From a virus (Duplodnaviria > Caudoviricetes): a stretch of DNA of 27,616 nt. The stretch is from positions 1-27,616 of the IMG/VR virus record IMGVR_UViG_3300005611_000164. One strand, given 5' to 3'. Below the pieces are notes generated by a model. It worked only from the letters and a program-made list of their open reading frames with translations, had not been told where the DNA came from and searched no databases. Shown here in pieces: positions 1 to 8,294 of this stretch; position 1 is the stretch's first letter, and each line of letters starts with the position of its first letter. Both the position numbers and the translations under genes were made by a program.

Positions 1-51
1 GTAGAGTTTACCACCGCATCTCCATATAGAAACTAATAACTTTCTGTTCAT
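1..51 (-). CDS. 5' end of a gene running off the window (MNRKLLVSIWRCGGKLY...), possibly sulfotransferase-like
   Basis: ATG at 51-49 just after the stop of the preceding gene, with a purine-rich leader. S-x-x-R-C-G-G loosely resembles a sulfotransferase 5'-PSB loop. Only 17 codons are visible. Confidence 0.35.
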   Translation of the reverse strand, partial: MNRKLLVSIWRCGGKLY

Positions 52-61
52 TCTTCACTCT

Positions 62-370
62 CTATGGTGCTCCTGTTACTGTATAATCAGTTAGGTCACC
101 GTTCTTTTCCATTTCTTTAAGGTTGTGTAAAGCATCTTTGTTTCCCTTTTCGGCACACTGTTGTAGATACTTCACGGCAAGTTTCATATTTTTTCTTACT
201 TTAAATAATCCTTTCCGATGATGTAATACACCCAACAAATACGCACAACCCACATGCAGTTCTGCCTGTTCATATCCTTCATCAGCAAGTTGTTTTAGGA
301 TTTTAAAACCCAAAGATGCTGAACCAGATTCGATTTCTTCAATCGCACCGTTAAAACATAAAATACTCAT
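62..370 (-). CDS. Sel1-like repeat protein
   Basis: LADEGYEQAELHVGCAYLLG...KNMKLAVKYLQQCAEKGNKDA matches the SEL1 repeat pattern. Confidence 0.7.
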   Translation of the reverse strand: MSILCFNGAIEEIESGSASLGFKILKQLADEGYEQAELHVGCAYLLGVLHHRKGLFKVRKNMKLAVKYLQQCAEKGNKDALHNLKEMEKNGDLTDYTVTGAP

Positions 371-681
371 AACTCTACTATCTCCATCATATCACCATAC
401 TTTTCTTTTAGTTCATTGTAGATACCCGCGTTGGACATTCTTAATCCTTGGCGACTCTTGAATAACTGATAGGTTGAACCCGAATCAGTGGTAGCAGTAA
501 AAAAGTCTTGATTCACCTTGATGTTCAGTTCTTTGATAGGGGATGACATACGCCATGAATCACCGTATAGATAACTGCCAGACCAACCTGAGAGAATCCT
601 TTGAAACTGATCACCCTCGTGATTCACCTCAAGAATGACCCATGAGTCTGGTGTGATACTTTCTTCGGGTGGCAACTTCAT
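367..681 (-). CDS. hypothetical phage protein
   Basis: ORF with TPDSWVILEV...GWSGSYLYGDSWRMSS. Start trimmed to the ATG at 681. ATGA overlap with the next gene. Confidence 0.7.
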   Translation of the reverse strand: MKLPPEESITPDSWVILEVNHEGDQFQRILSGWSGSYLYGDSWRMSSPIKELNIKVNQDFFTATTDSGSTYQLFKSRQGLRMSNAGIYNELKEKYGDMMEIVEL

Positions 682-692
682 TATATCTTCAC

Positions 693-1460
693 TCACAACC
701 AATCTTCTCTCCAACGTGCCTTATCGATAAACACTTTGAGTGTGCGATCATCGTCTTGTAGAGCATACTGAATACCTTCACCTACCTCAAAGTATTTTAT
801 ATACGCACGACCAGAATCATCAATCACTTCAAAACGAGTTACACGCCGCATCTTTTGGTAGTCTTCACCGTCACCAATAGCATTGTGTATTGCCATATAA
901 CCACAGTCCATACCACGAGTATACATGTTCATGTCGAAACCAAATACATCATACAGGGCATAACGATAAGTGCCGTGATCCATTAACTCTGCTTGGTGAA
1001 TACGCTTACATACAGCATAGAACGCATCTTCACGTTCTTTCTCAGTTAGACCGTCCCACCACGCATCGTTTTCTTCCTCGTATTGCTTACGAGACTCTTC
1101 CATCACTTGACCAAGTTTGGTAAGACCGTCCAATGCCTTTTCTTGTTTCTCATCCATATCAATACCTTCCAGTTCAGAACTTGCCTTGAACATCTCCATC
1201 TTCACTTTATCGTAGAGTTCTTCTTTGATTGCTTGTTTCTTGACACGGAGTTCTTCAATCTGTTCTTCGGTGAGTTTGTCAACTAAACCCTCTTGGTATT
1301 CTACAACTTGACTTAGAGAATCAAAGTTAAATGCTCCTGCTTCAAATGCTTCTGCCTCTTCTCGTGTGTCAAATGTTTTGGCAATAAGATTTCCATCTCT
1401 GTCAGTTTCAGTTACATACAACCAACCGTCATCAACTGGCACTTTGATTGCGTATTTCAT
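693..1460 (-). CDS. hypothetical protein (acidic, possibly multi-domain)
   Basis: Long ORF; start at 1460 forms an ATGA overlap with the upstream stop. Confidence 0.75.
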   Translation of the reverse strand: MKYAIKVPVDDGWLYVTETDRDGNLIAKTFDTREEAEAFEAGAFNFDSLSQVVEYQEGLVDKLTEEQIEELRVKKQAIKEELYDKVKMEMFKASSELEGIDMDEKQEKALDGLTKLGQVMEESRKQYEEENDAWWDGLTEKEREDAFYAVCKRIHQAELMDHGTYRYALYDVFGFDMNMYTRGMDCGYMAIHNAIGDGEDYQKMRRVTRFEVIDDSGRAYIKYFEVGEGIQYALQDDDRTLKVFIDKARWREDWL

Positions 1461-1738
1461 TCTTTGCACCACCGAATCTTTTTACCACTGTCATCTTCAT
1501 ACTGTGCGATGATGTCATCAAACTCCCACAGATCGTGAGTCTGAAAGTCCCATAACCAACCACTGAAATCATTCCAATCTTCTTTGTGCATAGGTGGCAA
1601 TGAATACTCATACCAACCATCGTATCCATGTTTGCTATCATCACGAATGTCAATACGACCTGCGCTCCAACATGTGCCGTGTTTAGCAATCCAATCCTCA
1701 TTGATTGGACCCATCCAGTTAGTGCTGTAAGTTATCAC
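1457..1738 (-). CDS. hypothetical Trp-rich phage protein
   Basis: ORF coupled by 4-nt overlaps at both ends. Confidence 0.7.
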   Translation of the reverse strand: MITYSTNWMGPINEDWIAKHGTCWSAGRIDIRDDSKHGYDGWYEYSLPPMHKEDWNDFSGWLWDFQTHDLWEFDDIIAQYEDDSGKKIRWCKE

Positions 1739-1935
1739 AACTCATCACCAAATATTCTGGGTGCTTGTAATCCCGCTTCGTCCATCTCAAAGGGTAGGGG
1801 ATAGTGCTTGACGCAACGATACGCATGGTCTCGTATTGCCTTGGGGACACGGGGTGTTTTCTTTGGGTCAAGCAAGTCGATCAGAAACTCTCGTGTCCGA
1901 TTCACTGCTTGTTTTCTTTCAATAGGTAGTGTCAT
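1735..1935 (-). CDS. small phage protein, BPSL0761-like
   Basis: MTLPxER..A+..TREFL..L...PRVPK.IR..A...+KHYP pattern. Confidence 0.65.
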   Translation of the reverse strand: MTLPIERKQAVNRTREFLIDLLDPKKTPRVPKAIRDHAYRCVKHYPLPFEMDEAGLQAPRIFGDEL

Positions 1936-2327
1936 GACTCATATAATACCTTTCTCAAGTTGGGTTTGAAGTAGTTCTCACCCTTCATCACTTTGCCATC
2001 TTCACGATAGATGGGTTTGCCGTTTTCATCTAACTTCGACATATTACTATTATGCACTTCTTCAAAGCATTTGTCAAGGTCTATGCCGAATGCGTGTCCC
2101 GCACCATAGGTGACATACAAAATGTCTGTCAGTGCATCTGCAATCTCTGTTAAACGCTCACGATTTGCGATTCTAGGATCATGAACTGCGACTAACAACT
2201 CATTCAGTTCCTCTTCGATCAAGTCAACGCGCAGGTCTGTTACGCAGGGATCAGGCATTGTTGGTGTAGTCAGCACATCCTGTCCGAATGTTTGCATGAA
2301 CTGCTTTACTTTCTCGTTATTTGTCAC
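1932..2327 (-). CDS. MazG-like all-alpha NTP pyrophosphohydrolase (DR2231/PRA-PH type)
   Basis: LIEEELNEL...EIADALTDILYVTYG...EVHNSNMSKL...GKPIYREDGKVMKG. Confidence 0.9.
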   Translation of the reverse strand: MTNNEKVKQFMQTFGQDVLTTPTMPDPCVTDLRVDLIEEELNELLVAVHDPRIANRERLTEIADALTDILYVTYGAGHAFGIDLDKCFEEVHNSNMSKLDENGKPIYREDGKVMKGENYFKPNLRKVLYES

Positions 2328-2464
2328 ATCTCACCCCATGATGTAAAGATTTCCATGAGCACAACGACCACACCCGCAAAGATAAGAAAGGTGTTACCAT
2401 ATGCCCACCCTGTTATCAATGCGGTGTAACCGACTAAACGTCCGAACATTTCATCATTTGTCAT
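2324..2464 (-). CDS. 46-aa membrane protein (not in the ORF track)
   Basis: Manual translation MTNDEMFGRLVGYTALITGWAYGNTFLIFAGVVVVLMEIFTSWGEM; 4-nt overlaps at both ends. Confidence 0.6.
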   Translation of the reverse strand: MTNDEMFGRLVGYTALITGWAYGNTFLIFAGVVVVLMEIFTSWGEM

Positions 2465-2556
2465 ATTCCACCATATCTTAGATACCCTCTTCGATTTGCA
2501 AGATATCTCATCAGATTTAAAAGTTTATCGAATCTTCGACTATTCTTTCTCATCAT
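2461..2556 (-). CDS. 31-aa basic peptide (not in the ORF track)
   Basis: MMRKNSRRFDKLLNLMRYLANRRGYLRYGGI fills the gap and ends in an ATGA overlap. Confidence 0.45.
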   Translation of the reverse strand: MMRKNSRRFDKLLNLMRYLANRRGYLRYGGI

Positions 2557-2812
2557 CAATCACTGCCATGACATACTTCTCTTCAATCATGACTCCTTGG
2601 TGTCCCTCTGAGGTTGCTTGTCGTCCCTTTGCCCAATCGATATAGACTTTGTTGCCGAACTCAACGTCCTTGACTCCTTCGCCCACTTCGACAACAACAC
2701 CAACAGGTGTGTCTAACGTATCAGTCCCCTGTAACACGATTCCACCTTGTGATTCTTTCTTTTGCTTTCGTGCTACCACAAAAATATGTTTTGGTAATGG
2801 TGTTAGTCTCAT
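2540..2812 (-). CDS. groES: GroES/Cpn10-like co-chaperonin
   Basis: LTPL...IFV; mobile loop SQGGIVL; GVVVEVGEG; V..GNKV; terminal EKYVMAVI. Confidence 0.85.
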   Translation of the reverse strand: MRLTPLPKHIFVVARKQKKESQGGIVLQGTDTLDTPVGVVVEVGEGVKDVEFGNKVYIDWAKGRQATSEGHQGVMIEEKYVMAVIDDEKE

Positions 2813-3657
2813 TAGATTGTCCTATACAGTAAGATTTCTTGTGCTTTCTTTGCTTCGTAAGTACCGTCTTCGTTTTTCTTACGTCTTCCCGCTGTGTATG
2901 TAATCGGAAAGTGTGCAACATTTAATGTGTGATTTTGGTTTGCAAACCAATCCTCATCATCACGATTTGATAAAAATACATTCTGTTGTTGATCCGCAAA
3001 TGCGATCAGTGCTTGTAACTGCTGATCTGTGAATCCATTGCCATAATCTGCAAATGACTCTCGATATGGGGGATCAAAGAAAAAGAATGTATCGTCTGGC
3101 AACCCATTGACTACCTGTGACCAATCACGACATGCAATGGTTGTATTTTGCAATGCACCGTGCCACCACTGTAACACTTCACGATCATAGACTTGAGTCT
3201 TTTGATTCAGTAATCCACTTGGTGTGCCGTAGCGTCCATTAGTATTCTTGTTGATCTGAAATACACCATTGAATCCTGTCTTCATCAAAAAGTACAGAGT
3301 TGCTGCTTCTTCACATCCAGTGTACTTCTGATATTCCCAAGCATGTTCACTGCGAATATCATAGTAAAACTTCTTGCGATCTTCTTTTGATAGTGGTATA
3401 TACTGTGCTTCCAGTGCGTCTAGTCGCTTCTGAAATGGTTGTAGATTGTTTCTGACACACTCGTAGATACGCACGATATCTGGGTTGATGTCATTGATCA
3501 CTGCGGTTTTTGGTTTGTACGTTTTTTGTACATGGATGTACATCGCACCACCACCAAAGAATGGTTCACAGTAGTGATTTACTTGATTTGGCATTAGTGG
3601 TTGATAATGCCGTAGCATCTTGTTCTTACCACCTGCCCACATAAACAAAGGTTTCAA
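2812..3657 (-). CDS. Dam-family (alpha class, D12) N6-adenine DNA methyltransferase with altered specificity residues
   Basis: WAGGK, EPFFGGGA (motif I), NDIN, GFNG hairpin and DPPY (motif IV). Confidence 0.92.
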   Translation of the reverse strand: MKPLFMWAGGKNKMLRHYQPLMPNQVNHYCEPFFGGGAMYIHVQKTYKPKTAVINDINPDIVRIYECVRNNLQPFQKRLDALEAQYIPLSKEDRKKFYYDIRSEHAWEYQKYTGCEEAATLYFLMKTGFNGVFQINKNTNGRYGTPSGLLNQKTQVYDREVLQWWHGALQNTTIACRDWSQVVNGLPDDTFFFFDPPYRESFADYGNGFTDQQLQALIAFADQQQNVFLSNRDDEDWFANQNHTLNVAHFPITYTAGRRKKNEDGTYEAKKAQEILLYRTI

Positions 3658-4142
3658 GTGTTTAGTACCTCAATCATGATTGCTTTCAGTTCTTCGTCAG
3701 TGAAACCATCCACTTGACGAAAGCAAGAGTTCTTGTTGGGGACAAACTTATCGAATCCATCTAAATGTGCAACGTTCAATGTTTTGGTGATGACACCCTC
3801 ATCTGTCGCACCCTCACCAATCGCAAAAGTGATGTAGTGAACGTCTGGATTGATAGCACGGGCAATGTAGTTGTTCTTAAACCATCGTTCAATCGCATTA
3901 CCCCTGTCTTGTTGCTTCTTTGCTTCAAAGACCGCAATCAACTTACCGTCTCTGAACCATGCCCCACCATCTGGTTCACATCCACCAACTCCACCAGGAA
4001 TCTGATCTTTGCGGAGTTTGCGTTGCATCGTCAGAGTGGGAAACTCGTTTGCAAGTCCTTCTTTTAGAAACTTACACTGCTTGTCTAGTTTTCGTGCATG
4101 CTCATCTGTGGCAACCATGCCTTTCTGAATCCCACCCACCAT
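3654..4142 (-). CDS. minimal EcoRI-family PD-(D/E)xK restriction-type endonuclease
   Basis: PDGG...FEAKKQ...GNAIERWFKN parallels EcoRI PDGG...EAKHQ...GNAIERSHKN. Confidence 0.8.
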   Translation of the reverse strand: MVGGIQKGMVATDEHARKLDKQCKFLKEGLANEFPTLTMQRKLRKDQIPGGVGGCEPDGGAWFRDGKLIAVFEAKKQQDRGNAIERWFKNNYIARAINPDVHYITFAIGEGATDEGVITKTLNVAHLDGFDKFVPNKNSCFRQVDGFTDEELKAIMIEVLNT

Positions 4143-4171
4143 AATGTAGTCCTCTCAACAAATCAGATTAT

Positions 4172-4200
4172 ATTATACTAAACTTAGAACACGCTGTCAA
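4172..4200 (-). promoter_or_regulatory. perfect sigma70-type early promoter for the nuclease-methylase pair
   Basis: TTGACA (4200-4195), 17-nt spacer, TATAAT (4177-4172), then a GAGGA RBS. Confidence 0.9.
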
Positions 4201-4423
4201 CCAGTTCTCGTCTCATAAACCCATGAATCAAGTCTAACCCGTGGATTGCATCTTCAAGGTGTTTCTTTTCTTCTTCGGGGTCTTCTGAAAAGTATTGGGT
4301 TGGATTACCTTCAAGACACTGCCCATGCGCGTGATTCAGTGCAACGAACAGACTTTCCATTTCACTCACAACCAGTTTACGAATCGTCAAGTCTGGAATC
4401 TGAATTGGAATGTTGACTTCCAC
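4184..4423 (-). CDS. hypothetical protein
   Basis: GTG-start ORF coupled to the upstream stop. Confidence 0.6.
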   Translation of the reverse strand: MEVNIPIQIPDLTIRKLVVSEMESLFVALNHAHGQCLEGNPTQYFSEDPEEEKKHLEDAIHGLDLIHGFMRRELVDSVF

Positions 4424-5025
4424 TACAGTTGCTCCTTCACAAATCCCATGTCAACAGTGATCTTTTGACCTTCTTCGCGTGAAGTGTTAACGAACACCAT
4501 ACCATTGCGTTTGATGAATGGTTTTTTCATCGTTGATAACTCGTGAATCTTCTTTGTCAGTTCTTCGTCATGACGGAAACCATACTGATTGAATACATCA
4601 ATCCAGTAGTCACTCCATTGACAGTTCACATGATGTGGTGCGTCTTCTGTTCCTGGGGGAGCATGAGTCATTACCACATACTTTGCGGTACGGAAGCAAG
4701 GCATGTATGCGGGAATGTATTCTGCTTCAACATGCTCAACGAACTCGACTGACCATACCAAGTCGAACTCGCGATCAATCTCTGGTGCACCTTCTGTGAA
4801 GTCATGCATCAATACTTTGTCAGTCTCAAAGTCGAGAGTCCAATCACCCTCAACACCCATTGCATCATATCCCAACTCTTCTGCTAACGCGACCTGTCCC
4901 CCAGGACCACATCCAACGTCTAGCATAGAACGACAACCTAACTCATTGCGAAAGAACCGCAATACGCCCCCGTCAACATGGGTCTTATTCAACGACCCGC
5001 CCAAATGCTCTGGTAAATCACTCAT
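4423..5025 (-). CDS. class I SAM-dependent methyltransferase (small-molecule/glycan type)
   Basis: MLDVGCGPG motif I; FDLVWSVEFVEHV; HHVNCQ. Confidence 0.88.
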   Translation of the reverse strand: MSDLPEHLGGSLNKTHVDGGVLRFFRNELGCRSMLDVGCGPGGQVALAEELGYDAMGVEGDWTLDFETDKVLMHDFTEGAPEIDREFDLVWSVEFVEHVEAEYIPAYMPCFRTAKYVVMTHAPPGTEDAPHHVNCQWSDYWIDVFNQYGFRHDEELTKKIHELSTMKKPFIKRNGMVFVNTSREEGQKITVDMGFVKEQL

Positions 5026-5600
5026 TTTCTTTTCTTACTCTTCGTTAATGAATCTGCGTCCAGTGCACGTTGCATGCACTGTGCCGAATCATATTTCACT
5101 TCACCGAACAAGTGCTCTTGTAAGGCATCTAATCTTTCGACATTGATATTGATCATATCATCAAAATCTAATCGGAAAACATCTTCTTGGTTTTCCCATT
5201 TTGCGACATGCTTTGGTATATCGGTGATATATCTTGAATGAACACCTTCATTCCATTTGCGTCCCGCATCTTCAACCCAAGTTCTGAATGAACGTTCTCG
5301 CTCACTCTCATTTCTGAACAGAACTACCTTCTTCCAATCTTTTAATAGTTCTCTGGTCTTTTCATCATAACCAAGATGCCCAACTGTAAAGTGTCCATCA
5401 TTACAAGTTTTGATAGACTCGCCAATACCAGACTTGATAGTTTCGCCTTTCTTCTTTCCCTTGGCGACATCTTCTGGGGGATATATCACATACTTTCCAG
5501 TGCTGATGTGAATGTTTGATGATGGTAAACCGAACTCTTTAAACAGATTGGAGCACAGATATGTGCCCGCCTTCGGTTGACTGAGTATGAAGTAACGCAT
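5022..5600 (-). CDS. sulfotransferase-fold protein
   Basis: N-terminal SQPKAGTYL (5'-PSB loop) and KVVLFRN...RSF (3'-PB-like R...S motif). Confidence 0.65.
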   Translation of the reverse strand: MRYFILSQPKAGTYLCSNLFKEFGLPSSNIHISTGKYVIYPPEDVAKGKKKGETIKSGIGESIKTCNDGHFTVGHLGYDEKTRELLKDWKKVVLFRNESERERSFRTWVEDAGRKWNEGVHSRYITDIPKHVAKWENQEDVFRLDFDDMININVERLDALQEHLFGEVKYDSAQCMQRALDADSLTKSKKRK

Positions 5601-5923
5601 TAGTCTCCCTTTTGGATTGATACTTTTTGTGTGTCATCTCCATTTAGGGGTTCGTAGTTCATCTCTTCTGGGACTGCAATCTCACGACCCCAACGATTCT
5701 TTTTGGTCTTACACGCAAACATCGCAAACCGCCACCCTTTTGGGGGATCGGGTATGCCTTTGTCTTCTCGTGTTAACTCCCTAGAACTCGTACCCAGAAT
5801 CGTGCAACCTTTGTACTTGCGTTTTGTTCTCCGAATGCATGCTTGCATGATTGTGTCCAGATAACTCTCTGACACGATCTCGCCTGTTCTGGTCTTCGCT
5901 TCCACTGTCACTCTGAACGTCAT
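5600..5923 (-). CDS. hypothetical basic protein
   Basis: GAGGA RBS before the ATG at 5923; TAATG overlap with the next gene. Confidence 0.6.
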   Translation of the reverse strand: MTFRVTVEAKTRTGEIVSESYLDTIMQACIRRTKRKYKGCTILGTSSRELTREDKGIPDPPKGWRFAMFACKTKKNRWGREIAVPEEMNYEPLNGDDTQKVSIQKGD

Positions 5924-6191
5924 TACTGTGTTCCTCATCATGAATATATAACGCAATCATAGCATAGTGTAGCACTTTAGTCAAGTCTTTACGATTGAAT
6001 CCATCTTTCTTACCGTATCGCTGTGCATACTTGAGTATGTTTCCGATACAAAACCCCATACCGTGTCCACCATCAATGATGAACTCTGTTGCTTGAAACT
6101 TATTCTGTGAGTAGTGCTCACCATAAGTTGCATCAATGTATTCCTTGAGTTCTTCTAACAACTCGTCTTCACGATACTTGTAATCAATCAT
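5781..6191 (-). CDS. DUF3310 (SaV / T7 gp1.7-like) protein
   Basis: HYS...QATEFI...GFCIGNILKYAQRYGKK...DLTKVLHY. Confidence 0.8.
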   Translation of the reverse strand: MIDYKYREDELLEELKEYIDATYGEHYSQNKFQATEFIIDGGHGMGFCIGNILKYAQRYGKKDGFNRKDLTKVLHYAMIALYIHDEEHSNDVQSDSGSEDQNRRDRVRELSGHNHASMHSENKTQVQRLHDSGYEF

Positions 6192-6598
6192 AACTTTCCA
6201 TTTTCTCGCATCTTTGCGCGAATCTTGGTTGCACTGATGTTATGAACATCTTCACCCAAGTCGTGCTCTGTAAACGTATACCCGACACCTCGTCCATACG
6301 AAATGTCTACAATGTTTGGCACACAAAGAATCATATACTGATAACCGTTTTGGTATCCTTCCTTCTCCAGTGCACGTTCAATGTTCTCAACAACTGTCAC
6401 TTCATTGAATGGATTATCGTCTTGCACTGCGGTGCGTCCTGCACCCGCGTCTTCACCTACAATACCGCCAACATCTCGCACCATGATGACAACTTGCCCT
6501 GTAAGTTCCATTGCCTTTTTAAACAATGCGGTATGTCCATCATGCCAAGGTTGCCAACGTCCTAGCATCTGTACTGTAGGTTTTTGATAGTCAAACAC
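6188..6598 (-). CDS. HIGH-superfamily nucleotidyltransferase (cytidylyltransferase-like; candidate minimal ATP sulfurylase)
   Basis: GRWQPWHDGH (HxGH) and C-terminal ISATKIR. Probable GTG start at 6598 after GGAG. Confidence 0.8.
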   Translation of the reverse strand: MFDYQKPTVQMLGRWQPWHDGHTALFKKAMELTGQVVIMVRDVGGIVGEDAGAGRTAVQDDNPFNEVTVVENIERALEKEGYQNGYQYMILCVPNIVDISYGRGVGYTFTEHDLGEDVHNISATKIRAKMRENGKL

Positions 6599-6782
6599 GG
6601 ATTCTACTCCAAACTCGTTCATGTAGGTAATATAGGACAATCTTTGCCCAAAACTCAACTGAGGCAATACCAAGTCCAATCATAATCGAACCTGATATGC
6701 CCCAACTGATAATAAAAGTTGTGAATGTTGCAAGGAAACGCCAACTGATTGCTTTAAGTGCTGATTTCTTTTTTGAGTCCAT
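6591..6782 (-). CDS. DUF2061-family small membrane protein
   Basis: S.LKAISWR.+AT...K+VLYY.HERVW. Confidence 0.85.
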   Translation of the reverse strand: MDSKKKSALKAISWRFLATFTTFIISWGISGSIMIGLGIASVEFWAKIVLYYLHERVWSRIRV

Positions 6783-7179
6783 TTGCCAGTGCTTCAATGT
6801 CGCCATCACTCAACCAGTGCTTGAAGTGATAGTCTGCGTTCGTGGGTTTCTCAAATAGTTTATTCGTGTCCTCAAACCGCCCCTCTTCAATGGTGTCCAT
6901 CCAAATCATGATATGAGCATCAAAGTGGTTTCGGGTATCTTCGGTAGGACATACAAAATCGCAAATAACGGTTCGGTTGTTAAACATTTCAAAGTCAGCA
7001 TAATATTTCATTCTGTCTGCCTGACGCATCCGACCCTCAACTGTGAAGTCCCAATCGTTTGCCATCTTACGAACTTCATCAGCATTGAACCAAGCACAAT
7101 CAAGGTGCTTGGAAAGTCGCTCTGCCAAGTGAGTCTTCCCTGACCCAGGCAATCCCATGATAAGGATCGATTTACGCAT
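6754..7179 (-). CDS. cysC: adenylyl-sulfate (APS) kinase-like P-loop kinase
   Basis: GLPGSGKT P-loop; NADEVR...DFTVEGR..Q; DFVCP...R; FEKP. Confidence 0.75.
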   Translation of the reverse strand: MRKSILIMGLPGSGKTHLAERLSKHLDCAWFNADEVRKMANDWDFTVEGRMRQADRMKYYADFEMFNNRTVICDFVCPTEDTRNHFDAHIMIWMDTIEEGRFEDTNKLFEKPTNADYHFKHWLSDGDIEALANGLKKEIST

Positions 7180-7831
7180 CTTCTTGTTCTGTTAGATACT
7201 TGATTGCCTCATCAATACCATTGTCTTGAAAGTCATTGATGACTTCGTACATCACATCGCGAAACTCGTCTTCTGCCGCGTATGCTTCTTCGGTCATGTC
7301 ACCGTCTTCATCACACTGCCACTCATCATTCTCTTCATCCCAATGCTCTTTGAGATGTGGATGTAAGAAGAAAACTTCTTCGCGAATCTCATGATCGTCC
7401 CACTCAGAACCATCTTCCAACTCAGAACCTCGATAGACAGACCACCCCACAAAGTTTGGCATCTCGTCATCGTATGAAATAGAAGCATAAACCTTGGGGT
7501 CAACTGCTTCAATCTCTTCTAAGAGTTTTCCCAATCCTTCCTCTGGCGGTGACCAAGCAGACTCAGTGCGGAACATGATCTCATCATCCATCTCGTCAAT
7601 GTCTTCAATGTGACACCACTTAGGACCAATGTGTTCTGTTGTCCAAGAATATTGTGTGACTTCTTCTGCGGTAGGCGAACCTTCTTTGCCATCTACAAAT
7701 AGGTAACCGAACCATAGTCTACCATCACTTTCTGGACGATCCGTTGCTCGCTGAAAGATTTCTTTCAACTTTGCCATACCTGCTTCATTTGAAGGAACGA
7801 TACGGATATTACTGTATACATGATTTGCCAT
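7172..7831 (-). CDS. acidic hypothetical protein, YubB/DUF1281 ferredoxin-like domain
   Basis: MANHV..., W...H.GPKW and F..ESAWSPP motifs. Confidence 0.55.
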   Translation of the reverse strand: MANHVYSNIRIVPSNEAGMAKLKEIFQRATDRPESDGRLWFGYLFVDGKEGSPTAEEVTQYSWTTEHIGPKWCHIEDIDEMDDEIMFRTESAWSPPEEGLGKLLEEIEAVDPKVYASISYDDEMPNFVGWSVYRGSELEDGSEWDDHEIREEVFFLHPHLKEHWDEENDEWQCDEDGDMTEEAYAAEDEFRDVMYEVINDFQDNGIDEAIKYLTEQEDA

Positions 7832-7834
7832 AAC

Positions 7835-8122
7835 TTAGTCCTCTACAATTTCATATTCAACATCATACCCGCCTTTGCGATCAGTAAACCAATCATCTTC
7901 ACGGTCATAGTCGTGCTCACTGATAAAGTCCATTGCTTTCTCCATTTCCTCATCAGTGACTTCATCTTCGTCTTCATCTGGTTCTACACCTTCGACAGCA
8001 TAGATAATCGTTTTGAAACGATCCAGTGATCCAAACTCTTCGATAATAGAATCATCATCTATATCATATGTCATGTGTGAGTGTACCTGATGGTACTCAA
8101 TCCGCTTTACTTGCATCGCCAT
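7835..8122 (-). CDS. acidic hypothetical protein
   Basis: ORF within the minus-strand operon. Confidence 0.7.
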   Translation of the reverse strand: MAMQVKRIEYHQVHSHMTYDIDDDSIIEEFGSLDRFKTIIYAVEGVEPDEDEDEVTDEEMEKAMDFISEHDYDREDDWFTDRKGGYDVEYEIVED

Positions 8123-8294
8123 TCACCTTTTGTAATGCTATTGCATTGTTGCCATATTCTATCCATTCTAACACATCACCTTCCTTGATGTCAAGTGCTA
8201 TCAGGATTTCGTCTGGGATAGGCAAGATGAGGTCATCCCCATCTTGCTCCAATTTGACAGTCCAAACATCAGACTGCTCCGATTTTGTACTCAT
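8097..8294 (-). CDS. AbrB/MazE/SpoVT-type DNA-binding domain protein
   Basis: GDDLILPIPDEIL..L..KEGDVLEW. Confidence 0.75.
   Translation of the reverse strand: MSTKSEQSDVWTVKLEQDGDDLILPIPDEILIALDIKEGDVLEWIEYGNNAIALQKVNGDASKAD

Noticed and set aside
2812-3657. Calling this gene dam (GATC-specific)
   Set aside because: The fold is Dam-like, but residues equivalent to K9 and R124 are changed, so GATC specificity is unsupported.
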